A stretch of DNA of 32,000 nucleotides from Wallemia ichthyophaga EXF-994. Taxonomy: Eukaryota; Fungi; Basidiomycota. The stretch is taken from positions 206,107 to 238,106 of the forward strand of contig NW_008806279.1 of NCBI RefSeq assembly GCF_000400465.1, read 5' to 3'. This document shows, one piece after another, positions 9,788 to 21,392 of this stretch. Numbering within the stretch: the first letter of the stretch is position 1; every line of letters begins with the position of its first letter. Under the pieces are notes generated by a model, which made no database searches, was not told the DNA's origin, and saw only the letters and a program-made list of their open reading frames with translations. The position numbers and the translations under genes are program-made.

Positions 9788-12612
9788 TTAAAGCTTGTCG
9801 TAGAAGTTCTCAAGTGGTGGAACTTCTGGCTTAAGACCCTTACGTGTACGGACATCGGTAACGAGAGCCTCGAGCTTAGAGCCCTTCTCGAGTGGAGAAC
9901 CGTTCATGAGCTCCCAGTGATCGAACACAGCTTGTGGGAAAGCTTGACCACCAGTAGCAGCACGGAGAGCACCGTTGAAACCGAATGACTCAAGAACCGG
10001 CAAGTAGGCCTTGACGGTGTACATTGGGGTACCTGGTCTTTGCTCCTCCCAGTAAACCATACCACGACGTCTGTTGAGGGTGGAGTAGATACCACCGAGA
10101 CATGAGTCTGGACATTGGATCTCAACAGAGTACATTGGTTCTTGAAGACCTGGGTCAGCCAACAATGAGGCGGCGTAACAGACACGACGGGTGACTGGGA
10201 TGATTTGACCACCACCACGGTGAATGGCATCAGTGTGAAGAGTGACATCCAAGATGTTGAATCTAACACCTCTCATGTTTTCTTCAGCGCAAACACCTTC
10301 CTTGGTAGCCCATTGGAATGCAGCAACACATGAGTCCTTGATTTCGTTAAGGTATTGAACACCCTTTGTAATATCAACCATGACGTTTGGACCGGTGGTT
10401 TCTGGACCGAAACACCAGATCTTACGAGCATCAGCGACATCCCATCCGTAAGTGTCTGCAAGGTAACGGGCACGAGCCTTTGGATCATCTCTTTGAGTAA
10501 TTTTTCCGTCTTCAATGTCACGAGCGAGTTCCTCCTCCATTGGTTGAGCAGTAACCCAGAGACGGTTGTGCTTGTTTTGTGACTTAGAGAGGGCAGTCAT
10601 TGATGATTCTGCCTTGACAGTCTCACGGTAACCAACGACTGGGTCGGACTTCTTGAGTGGGACAGATGCGTGGTCGTTTTCAAGGTCGTTCAAACAGATC
10701 TCCAAGTGAAGCTCACCAGCACCGGCGACAATGTGCTCACCAGTCTCAGAGATCCAAGTTTGAACACATGGGTCAGACTTGGAGAGACGCTTGAGACCTT
10801 CGACAAGCTTTGGAAGGTCGTTGGCGTTCTTTACTTCAACAGCAACTTGAACAACTGGTGATACAGAGAACTTCATAACCTTCATGTTGTGTGCGGTTTC
10901 AGAGGTGGTGAGGGTACCAGACTTGAGCAAGAATTGGTCAACACCAACCAAACCGATGAGGTTACCAGCTGGACAATCTTCGATGGCTTCGACGTTACGA
11001 CCCATCATGAGGACGGTACGTTGGATAGTCTTGATGAAGAGATCATCCTTCTTACCTGGGACGTAGTTTGGACCTTGGATACGGATCTTTGGACCAGATG
11101 AGACGGTACCAGAGAAGACACGACCGAAGGCGTAGAAACGACCCTTGTCGGAGGTTGGAACCATCTTTGAGACGTAAAGCATGAGTGGACCCTTTGGATT
11201 ACAGTCACGGATACCGATAGCTGACTCATCGTCGAGAGGACCTTCGTAAAGGTTCTCGACACGGTAGCGTTGAGCGGTGGTTGGGGATGGGAGGTTGATG
11301 ACACACATCTCCAAGAGAGCATCACCACATGGCAAGAACTTACGCATGACGACCTTAAGGAGTGGCTTGCCTTCTAATTCTCTCTCCTCGGAAGTAAGAG
11401 GAATTTCGAGCTTGTCGATCATGTTGTGGGTGACGTCCTTCTTGAAGTTCATGATAGCGTCGAAGAGACGGAAGATAGGGTCGAGAACGAACATGTTGAA
11501 GGCACGCTCGAGTGGCTTACCTTCAGCATCGGTTTCCTTGTTGGTCCACTTCTTAGTCTTTGGGTTGAAGTAGTTGTCACCCCAGAGCTTCTCCATCATC
11601 TTAACCTTGTCGACACCGAACTTCTTGGCGTAACGGCCAGCGAATTGACGGAGGGTGAAACCCCAACCGTGGAGACCGGAACCGAAGGCAACAGTACCCT
11701 TCTCTGGGTAGACTTGAGATTCACCGATAATTGGGTCGTTGTAGGTAGCGACAATGACGTTGATGGATTCGATGGTACGAGAGAAGGATTGGTAGAGGTC
11801 CTCCTTGCTGACTTGCAACTCAAGGAGAGCTCTGTCGACCTTGTTGATACAGACGACAGGCTTGATACGCTCGAGGAGGGATTGACGAAGGACGGTCTCA
11901 GTTTGGACACAGACACCTTCAATACAATCGACAACAACGAGGGCACCGTCGGTAACACGGAGGGCAGCAGTAACTTCGGAAGAGAAATCAACGTGACCTG
12001 GAGAGTCGATCAAGTTGATCAAGAATTCGTTACCGTTGGTTTGTTGCTTGACGGCGTCCATGTCTTCCTTTGGAAGAGGGAAGTACATGGAGATGGCGGT
12101 GGACTTGATGGTGATACCACGTGCCTTTTCATCGTCACGGGTGTCCATGAAACGCATGTCACCGGCCTTGTTGGAGGCGATAATACCGGCCTTACCAACC
12201 AGGGCATCTGAGAGAGTACTCTTACCGTGATCAACCTGGGAAAAAATTAGATGAAAAAATGGACTAAGACGAAACTTACGTGAGCGATAACACTCATGTT
12301 TCTGATCTGTGTAGGCTTATCCATGAGCCCTCTGAGCTCGTCGATGGTGAATTGAACTAATGGAAGGCGTGAGATGAGAGATTATGACGATGTGGCGTTG
12401 GCAGGGGAATAAGGTGTGTTTAAGAGTAATATATACGTGTCTACTGAGTGCTGGGACTTCCTAGACTTCTGTGACTTTTGCTTTCCCTGCAAATCCTCGA
12501 TCATTTGAATTGGGAAAAAGACGCGAGGACTGCCAGAAGAAGATCCCCAATGTCAACAATTTCATCTCCACTAAAATCCCCTGCAAACCCGCCACTATTC
12601 AAACTTACCCAT
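9788..12612 (-). CDS. EFT1: Translation elongation factor 2 (842 aa); exons 12612-12609, 12356-12280, 12235-9788
   Basis: [58 protein letters not shown] and the diphthamide loop [12 protein letters not shown]. Strongly biased codon usage. Introns are 252 nt and 44 nt. Confidence 0.98.
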
Positions 12613-12954
12613 TTTTTAAGAATTTGATGGTTTAACCAAGGATACCAAAAATCTTCGAAATGGGTTTGAAAGGCGGGAGATTTTTAATTTCATGAGTGGG
12701 TGTGGATTAATTTGCATTAGTGGTGGAGTAGCCGGGGTTTTGCTTAATGTTACGCTTATTAAATCTTTTCGCTGCTCTTTTTCGCTGCTATCCCATGACG
12801 CAAGTTATTCCTGGCATGGGAAGGGATAGTGTACAATTACTTGAGCAATATTGATAAGGTGCTTTGTAAATGCCATTTATATCTTTAGCTTCGTTTTTTG
12901 CTCAATTTTACAACTTTTATTGGAGTCAATGTGATTATACTAAATAGCCTTGAA

Positions 12955-14068
12955 TCACTCAATATCTTCCCAAGAGTCATCTGAATCCAACCATTCACTG
13001 TTTACATGCTCATCCTGTGTGTCTGTTGATTCATCTTGTGAAATTGATTCATCATCAAATTCGTCTTTCCTTCTTAACGCAGCTGGTCTTTCACTAGCGG
13101 TGCTCACCAGTGCCATACCAGCTGCATGGTTCTTCGCCACGTTCACAACGACGAATTGGGTCTCTTCCTCGTGTATTTCCCTTCTGAGACATTTCTCTGA
13201 AGTGCATGCCATAACGTCGCAACAAAGCTTTCTGTCATTAGCCTCGTGTAGTGACAACAAACCGCTTTTGTTGCGGTGGAGAGCATCCATCTGCTCATGA
13301 CACTCTCGACACACGCTACGCATGAAAAAGCAGTCGTCAAAAATCAACCTTGAAGGTCCGCGCAACTCGCACGACCTTTTCAAAGCAGACAACCTTACTA
13401 AATTAAGATTTACTCTATCTAAGCAACATCTCAGGCCCACAAACGTTTTCTTGTCTTTTGGGTCTGCTCTTCGCGAATAGGAGACCGAGAGGTTTGCCAA
13501 TGGCTTCATTTCTCGCTCTGGAATGCTCCAGAATACTCTTCACAGCCTCGTGTCTAGCTCCAGAACAAGCCATCGCGTGGTTGCAGCACGCCTCGCCATA
13601 TTCCTTGCCGTTAAAAAGGGACGACAAGAAATTCGTCTCTTCTATTTCCACTCTCTTGGACTTTTGGTTGTTTTCAGCATTGGCAGACCTACCCAGATGC
13701 TTCACGCTTTCCAAGCGCGCCCACGAAGCGTTGAAAGTGGGATGAGCGTCGCGCATCCTCGCTGCTTGTGTTGTAAATTCAAATGGCATAGTCCATTCGT
13801 CTGCTGTGTCCCAGATAAAGTAATTGTTGTCACTGCCCGGGCTATCTTCGGCACATACAAACAGCGATGTTTCTTTGGTGGAGTGCACTGCGATTTTGAA
13901 GTAGCGCCCAAATCTGGCACTGTCCCTGCGAGCTTTGCACGAAATCAATATTGTGGATGTGAGGTGAGGAGTGGACAATGTCTCAATCGGTGCGCGTGGA
14001 ACCGAGTATTCACCGAAAGATGGCCGATGTAACTGATAAGCAGAGTAGATTAGTCCAATTGCAGCCAC
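12955..14068 (-). CDS. Hypothetical Cys/His-containing protein with an acidic C-terminus; start unresolved
   Basis: Two overlapping minus ORFs (13415-14068, 12955-13509) join in frame through a 43-nt GTGGGC...TTTAG intron (13440-13398), giving about 350 codons. No family recognised. Confidence 0.4.
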
Positions 14069-14942
14069 ATCACAACATCCCAGCGAATTGAAATTTAAGT
14101 GAAGTTCTTAGCAATATCCATGTACAGATGCGAACCAGGCACCGGCAATTAGGCGAAGGCAATATACATTGTGCCTTGTGCGCGTGGGTAATGCAGGTTG
14201 TCTTTAAAGCCTTGCATTGTGTTTGTGTCTTTGTCTCACAAACGCAATTGACACGGCCAAACGAGCAAATGAGCAAATTCTTTAAGATCAACATCTACTC
14301 ATCAAAGAACAACTCTGTAGGAGCATGCGCGGATGACAACGAGTTCTGTCTAGTCTGAAACGCACGAAAACGCATCTAGACATTTTTGGAGAGCTCGCCA
14401 GATACGCGATGCGCATCTAACGTGCAATGGGTCACACGCGCTCATTGACACCGTCAACAAGAACTCCACGATTCTGGTCATATAACGAAATTCCTAAAGT
14501 CGATTTTACGAAGACGAAGGCAATCGCGACATCAGGCAAGCGTGTCAGACAGCTGCCTGAAGAGTATAGATCGGAGTGAAGATAAAGATCTGCCTAGCTT
14601 TGTCGTGATGAATGTGCTACGGCACGCGTGAGCTGGTCTACTAAGAGACCAAAAGAGACCAAAAGGGTAAATACTTTGGAGACTCAGTTGAAGATGATTT
14701 GGTCGATTAGTTCGGCGCGCTCAGCTAAGATGATAGCTGATGATGTTGGAGATGTTGTACATACCCATATACACAACTTCCTTCCTATTTTGTAAAAACG
14801 TGCTCGGACCGTCAAACGAATTATACCAAGTGCTTGGCTCACGTGGACGCACCAGGCAGCAGGTCACAAGAGACGTATTGCATTCGCGAAATCAACTTAA
14901 CATCCAAAAGCACCATTTCGCCATCTCTTTCTCTCGAACCTC

Positions 14943-15481
14943 ATGGCCGATTCAGAACGCCTTCTAAAATCAGCCAAATCCTTCTGCGAGGCATTTGGGA
15001 GGGGAGAAGAACTGCCCATCCTGCTGAGCTACTTCTGCAACGACTCCCACATTATCGAACACGGCCTCCCACTCCCGCAGCTTCCCTATCTCGGCAAAAA
15101 GTTCGAAGGGTTGCAAGAAGATGACGACAACGACGAATCGCGAACACTGGCTGACTACTTCAAACTCGTCGGCAAGTACTTAAATATCGTCAACGAGCCG
15201 GTGTGGGGTGGCTGGACTATCGATTGCGATTGCGGGGGTGAAAACGACAATCCTCTCGGTGCCATAGCGTCCTGTAAAGGCGACGCAACATTTCTGAATC
15301 GCAGAACAGGCAAGAAGTGAGTGTCTTAGTCTAATTTAATTTCCGCTGGCTCATATGTGAAACTTTTCACAGGTGGGATGAGACTGTTCTGTACAGGCTA
15401 GAATTGGACGTTGGGGGACGGATCAAGGTACTTGAGATTTGGGCAGACAGCTTGAGTGCGTTTCTCGCAACTCAGAAGTAG
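14943..15481 (+). CDS. Small NTF2/SnoaL-like fold fungal protein (160 aa); exons 14943-15316, 15373-15481
   Basis: The 56-nt intron 15317-15372 (GTGAGT...TCACAG) gives ...TGKKWDETVLYRLELDVGGRIKVLEIWADSLSAFLATQK*. The EHG...P and W.E...YRL...EIWAD pattern resembles fungal NTF2-like hypothetical proteins (from memory). Confidence 0.7.
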
Positions 15482-15555
15482 TTTTGGTTTGCACTCCTTC
15501 CAGAGAAATATTATAGGATTAATAGGATTGATAAGATATTATTACATTTGTATTA

Positions 15556-17085
15556 TTACATTCTCTTGCTCTGCTCGTACTGCTCAAAGTAAGTTCGGCG
15601 GTGTCGAACATTAATATTTCTCGACAGTGTGAGATTAATTGAGTCTAGCAATGGACAGCTGTCGATAATGCGATTCAATGAGTCCTCCGCAATCGACGTT
15701 TTCATAAGTCCGAGTGACTTTAACCCCTTTAGCTTAAGTATACCCTCAACCACCTCGTCATCGATAACACACTCGTTGAGCTGCACATTTTCCAGCCGCA
15801 CTGGTTTGTTCTGAGTGACAGCCTCGTTAAATGCACTCCCCTCGAACGTCGATCCAGACAGATTGAGGTACTTGAGACTGCTGGTGATGTGATGTCTGAG
15901 ACATTCTTTTCCCCTCAAACGCGGATTGTTACTCCAATTGATATCTGTAGGTGCAAATCCGATCGCCTTATCTTGGTCTTCAGGGGTGAGCAGCTCGTTG
16001 GTCAATAAATATTCATTATCACTCGCGCTAATATTCCTTACGACCCCGGACATCCAAAGCACCTTTATTTTTTCACTTGTGAGCAGGGATTTATAGAAGA
16101 ACCTGAAATTTGCGAGGTCAAGACTCATTCGCGAGATATCTATCTTCACGAGCTGCTGGTGAAGGTTGGGAGGAAGGAAAAGCATTGGGTTGGTGATTTC
16201 GCACTCGTGGCAGTCAAGTGCCTTGAGACTCGGTGTGAGTGTTAGCCAGCGACCGAGCGCTGCATCGGAGATGTTGCACTCGCCGACGTTGAGATGCTCA
16301 AGATGGGAGAGGGGCTGGAGATTGGCATCTATCGACGACCTCACCACTACATCGAGCATCTGGTCCCACTGCGCCGTGTTCTTTGTGCTTACTCTTCCTA
16401 CGGCGTTCATGTCTAGTCGCCGGAGCTTGCAGCAGCTAGTGAGTACTTTTGCGAGGCCGGACAGAGGTACTGCTGTGAATGATATATCGAGCTCTTCCAG
16501 CTCCTTGAGTGTCGAAGTGGCCTCGATAGTCCGCTCACCTAAAGAAAGACATCCACGCAGTTTGAGGAAGCGAAGATGGGGCGATTTCTTTACAAATAGC
16601 GGTCCGGAAAGATCACTGAGCTCAGTGAATCCTACTAAATCTAGCGTTGTTAGCCCGCCAGGCAGCTCACGCAGCAGCTTCGGGTACTGATTGCTGTTGA
16701 GTGCTGGGATGCTCTGGTTCAGGCTTATATTTGGTGGGATAGTGAAGAGCTCCTGTATCAGCTTGAGGCTAATTATCTGCGAGTGCTCCTTCAGAATACT
16801 TCTGCCTAATCGCTCGCGGTGCGTCTCTGGGAGCAGCCGAAACGACTCTACAAACGCATCCCTATACGACTGATAGAGCTGCTTGAAGTTGTCCCTCACG
16901 ACGAGCAAACACAATTCAACCAAGCTGTACGGCGTCGATGGGGGTATGCTCCGCGTTGCGCAGAGGTTGCTAGAAGGCTCCTCGCTCGCGTTTATCCACA
17001 GCTTGGCGCGTATATCGTCATCCACTCTGCTTGTTTTGTTCGTCTTCTTGTCAGTCTCAATGTTAAATCGGTTTCTTCGCTTCAT
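15556..17085 (-). CDS. RNI-like leucine-rich-repeat protein (509 aa)
   Basis: Uninterrupted ORF with LxxLxLxxC-type repeats (LRFLKLRGC, LEELDISFT, LRRLDMNAV, LEHLNVGEC, LKALDCHEC, LKYLNLSGS). Confidence 0.85.
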   Translation of the reverse strand: MKRRNRFNIETDKKTNKTSRVDDDIRAKLWINASEEPSSNLCATRSIPPSTPYSLVELCLLVVRDNFKQLYQSYRDAFVESFRLLPETHRERLGRSILKEHSQIISLKLIQELFTIPPNISLNQSIPALNSNQYPKLLRELPGGLTTLDLVGFTELSDLSGPLFVKKSPHLRFLKLRGCLSLGERTIEATSTLKELEELDISFTAVPLSGLAKVLTSCCKLRRLDMNAVGRVSTKNTAQWDQMLDVVVRSSIDANLQPLSHLEHLNVGECNISDAALGRWLTLTPSLKALDCHECEITNPMLFLPPNLHQQLVKIDISRMSLDLANFRFFYKSLLTSEKIKVLWMSGVVRNISASDNEYLLTNELLTPEDQDKAIGFAPTDINWSNNPRLRGKECLRHHITSSLKYLNLSGSTFEGSAFNEAVTQNKPVRLENVQLNECVIDDEVVEGILKLKGLKSLGLMKTSIAEDSLNRIIDSCPLLDSINLTLSRNINVRHRRTYFEQYEQSKRM

Positions 17086-18190
17086 TCGCTCGCTCGAGAC
17101 TGAATTTGTTTAAGGCAGGCAGTAGCAGACGATCATTATCTAATTATACAAATGCATCCATTTTATTCTCATTTTTTCAAAAATAGTTTCCAACTCCGAA
17201 TACTCCTTACTCATGGCGTTTGCAGGTAGCTTCAGCTTCGGCGGGAAGCAAGCCAAGCAGGTCTTTATATGAAATTGTGAGGATATCAGGTCCGTCGGCG
17301 ATGTTGTCTCTTGTTCCTGGTGATCTTTTCAGTGATACAGGCCTTGGCGCACCTGATGCATTTGAAGGGTTTGTGGACCCGTTAAGAGAAGAAAACGCCT
17401 TTTCACGCTTAAAAGAGTAAAAGTTTCTTCGCAAAAATTGTCAATTTATTCACTGCGTTGACTTGGTACTGGTCTTGCTAAACCGTCTTGACTTTGTCTA
17501 TTGGCGAAATACCGTATCAACGAGTCCAGCTAAGCCTGTATGTCTAAGCTGTGGTTTTTCTCGTCTTTACAGATCATACTAGCTGTGTCAATTTCTATTG
17601 CCTCCAGCCATATCTTGCCTCGTCTCTGCGCTGGAGCCCGTTGTAAGCAAAGAACGAATAATTTCCGAATATAATATTGCGGCTTATCTGCTTTGATAGC
17701 AGGTTTCTATCACCTTGAATTTGGATCATTCATTGAAGCTCTTATCGCACATCAAGTCGCGTTCCACTAAGGTGAGACTCATAAGTCTTGCAATATGATC
17801 AAGTTTGAGCAGAGAAGCTTCACGCCACCTTACTTTATCCCTAATAAAAAATCATGAAGAAAACGCTTCCTGTCAATTTATGAACAGCAAGACCGAGTCA
17901 TATGACGATTTCGGCATAGAATAATCAATTGGTATATGGAATATCTTAATAAATAATCACAACGTCTAGTAGATCAGTCGTGATGCTTGACAATTCAGTA
18001 TTCGGCATTCAGAGCAAGTCCTACGAAGACAGTAAGACGACCAACTCAGTGGCTTTAAGAAAATTTGCTTGGCCAACTCGAAAGGGGGTATTTGATAAGT
18101 CCTTTATTAAAATTGAAACACCAGGTCATAAAAGGACTTTTTACTACCTTTTATCCACTCATTCAAGAACCAAAGTCCTTGATATTTAAT

Positions 18191-18680
18191 ATGGATCACA
18201 GCCTTCTAATGTCATTCGCATTACTTGCCCTCGATTCACCCTCTTTAGTATATGCAGGAGGACGTGAAGTCGTAGCAACTCAACCGTCTAAAGGATCTCA
18301 AACCAGCTCTAGGAATTGGACATACTCAGGTAATTAGCTCTTGATCTGATTTTTGTTATACGATAGACGGGGCTGGTCCCTGGTGTACCGGAGTAGCAGG
18401 TCATTGTCAAGACACTGATATAACAATACATGGCGATGAAATTTGGAGGACTACTGCTCCTACCAATCTCTTCACAGACGGCGAAGGCGGTCTCAGCTGT
18501 GCCAATGTCATTACTTGGAAAGGCAACACTTTTAAGGGTGACGCCAAGACTATCGAATTAATTGCAGATGTTTCGGAACACACGTGTCATTATGCCAAAA
18601 CCTTCGATCAGATAGAGCTTTTGTACGAGAGTAAAACAGACATGTATTGTAAGTTTTACACTGATGGACTAGCCTGGTAA
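18191..18680 (+). CDS. Small putatively secreted Cys-containing protein (150 aa); exons 18191-18329, 18367-18680
   Basis: Hydrophobic N-terminus (MDHSLLMSFALLALDSPSLVYA). A 37-nt GT-AG intron (18330-18366) leads into a 104-codon open exon (DGAGPWCTGVAGHCQD...YCKFYTDGLAW*) that is missing from the ORF track. Confidence 0.62.
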
Positions 18681-19540
18681 AACGCAATGTTTAAGTAATG
18701 TACATATAAAAAAAATCTTTTTAATCTCCTCTTGGATATTTTTTATATAATACTTCATATCTATGATTATTCACAACTGAGAACTTGTAGCTCAAGTTGA
18801 AAATTTGATCCTTTTCCTCTTCTATACTTTGTGTTCATCTATCGATACAATAAGCCAGCTTCATTAAAGTTTCGTTGCATGGTGAGAACGTGATACTTTT
18901 ACAGTATATATATGACAGCGTTAATTACAACCATATCTGCAATTGGAAAAAAGCAAAACTCGCAACACATATTAAAACATAGCCAGTGAGTAAGCCTATA
19001 GAAGGTCTACGTTGACTGTTTACCCATATAGAAACCTCTAGTATTCAAATTCAGGATTAATATCTTTATGCACTGAAGAAAACACACTAGTGCAGACCTA
19101 AGCGTTGTTCGTATGGTCAAAGTCTCACTTTCACCTAACTTTTTTTGGCGTTTGAATTAAAGGAGAGGAAAAAGATTGATTCACTGAAATACATCTTTAG
19201 ATCTCTCTGCTATCTCATAAACTCATCCCGAGGTTATTAGCGATGTAGAGTTGTATCGTACATTGCGAAATTGCTGTATGTGAAAGGTGATATGACGCCT
19301 GCAAGACTCAACCGTATCTCAAATTCCAGCATAGACCTTTGTCACACTTTCAACATTGATGAAAACGGCATCCAAAAACAAAAATTGATTTATATGAAAT
19401 TACATGCATATTTCATCTATAAGTTGTTTATAAATGATCCGGAATTAATTGTACAAGTGCAAGAGTAAAATTGAAAGAGTTTATGAGCTAACTTTGGCTC
19501 TCCGTAAAAATTAGTGAATGAAAATGTGCGAACCCCTCCC

Positions 19541-21392
19541 TTAAGCGCTCTCCTTCTTTTCCAGCTTATGCTCATTCTCATTGTTTTCCACGTGCTCCAT
19601 CTCTTCGCCGCCAAATCTTTGACCCTTTTCATCGACAGCAAAAATGTGTGTGGTGTCAAATTCATCCCAATGTCTTGTTGGTACCATCTTGTCGAACATA
19701 TAAATAATCTCTTCGAGTGATCTACCGCGTGTCTCTGGGATGCAGAAGTAGACAAAGACTACAGTGAGAGAACAAAGGAATCCGTAGATGAGCGAGACCA
19801 TTGATTTGATACCTGCATATTCTTCATCGTAGAGGTATGGCAATGTGAAAGTGACAACAAATGCTGAAATCTAGCCAGTGTGTTAGCAAGTAAAGCTACT
19901 GTCATAATATTTACCTACCCAGAAGCACCCAGTTCCCAAACTCATGATCTTGTTCTTGACGCGACCGCCAGAAAGCTCACTAGCACAAACCCATGCGAGT
20001 GGTCCCCAAGCCCTGTTGATATGGTCAGATTCTGTGATTACCTCAATAAACTGATACTTGCAAATTGAACGCGAATGTAAAGAGTATGTACATCGCAAGG
20101 ACGACTTTGTTAAAAGTATCACTCTTTGATGGCGTTGTGTAGTTGCCCACACCCATGAAGCCCATAATCAGCAGGAACACTGCCATAATCATACCAGTGT
20201 ACATAAGTAGAGGGCGTCTACCATAGCGATTGACAATGAAGAAAGAGCAGATAACACCCCCAAGCTCAACGACTGTGACACCAATTGTCACAACGAATGG
20301 GTCGCTGCCGAGTTCCAAGTCCTGAGCTATGACGGTGATGTAACTGAAGACAATCTGTATACCGGAGATCTGTTGGCAAATGAGAACACCGCAAACGACA
20401 AATAGCTTCTTGCGATTGTCGGCGGCGAAAACGCTGGCCCATGTGGCATCCTTGCCTGAGGATTGGAGTTCATCGTCCTTCGTTTGATTGTACTGCCTCA
20501 TCTCGTCATCCACACATGCTTGTGCATCAGGTCTGGCTCCATGGATCTTCCACAGTGCTTTTTCAGCTTTTTCAGTTTTGTCTCTAGTGACAAGCCATCT
20601 AGGTGATTCAGGAATGATAAATTGACCAGCTAGGATTATGAAAACGAAGATGAGGTTAAGGCAAATTGGAATACGGTATGCGCCTGTGTCGTTACGGCTT
20701 TTTGAACCAAGACCGACACCCGAACCGATGACTTGACCTTTTCCAATGTCAGAGTCGTGTTTAGAGCAGATCTGCTGAGTGTAAACTCACCTAATGCGAG
20801 TAAACATTGCCAGCTACCAACTACAGCAGCTCTAATTTCAGTTGGAACCTGTGTCGAAAGTCAGGTAATTTTTTCAACGAACAAACGAGCCACTTACAAC
20901 TTCACTAAGGTACAGAGGAGTAGCATTTGACATGATACCGACACAAATACCAAGTATCATTCTACCAACAATGAAGATAGGGTGATTTCCGACCATAACA
21001 GATTGCAAGATTGTACCGATGATACCCATAGCGCAAGCTGTTATGAAACAGCCTTTTCTACCGAAGTAGTCACCTATCGGTGCCGACGACAAAGCTCCTA
21101 CGAATTCACCTGATCAAATATTAGCTTTATATGATTCCAATTATGGTTACATACCAACGAAGACGATACTAGTAAAGATACTTTCATCTGAGCTACTAAT
21201 TTTGCATTCACCCTCTACATTGCAAGCTCCGTAGTCGTGCTTGAATTGACGTGTGGCAAGGACAGAGGTGAAGTATGTACCGTCGTAACCATAAAGAACA
21301 GCACCAAAGACTGCTATAGAAGCATAAAACAGCGGGGTCCTGTACTTGGGCGACAATAATCCTTCCTTAAAAATGTAGCTTAAGTCTCTCAT
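19541..21392 (-). CDS. MFS sugar porter family transporter (535 aa); exons 21392-21155, 21109-20898, 20848-20791, 20737-20062, 20012-19919, 19870-19541
   Basis: Motifs LYGYD, GDYFGRK, GRMILG, YLSEVVP..IR, PESPRWL, QQISGIQ, NRYGRRPLL, WGPLAW..ASE, PETRGRSLEEI. The five introns (45-53 nt) give a continuous frame. Confidence 0.93.

Noticed and set aside
12409-12576. Possible H/ACA snoRNA in the eEF2 intron loop (AAAGCA, ACA triplets)
   Set aside because: The second hairpin is weak, the H box is not adjacent to the first hairpin and no pseudouridylation pocket was identified. Kept only as unexplained cargo.
14643-14664. Short tandem duplication AAGAGACCAA x2 (also TTTTCGCTGCT x2 near 12766)
   Set aside because: Two-copy micro-duplications with no spacer structure, terminal repeats or target-site context. 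Not CRISPR or mobile-element related.
15405-15425. Suspected frameshift in the G-run of the NTF2-like gene
   Set aside because: A recount shows five Gs, so exon 2 is in frame.
17207-17434. Minus-strand 75-codon ORF (TTG start) and possible upstream exons in 17440-17900
   Set aside because: No convincing donor or ATG could be linked and there is no recognisable domain. Unresolved.
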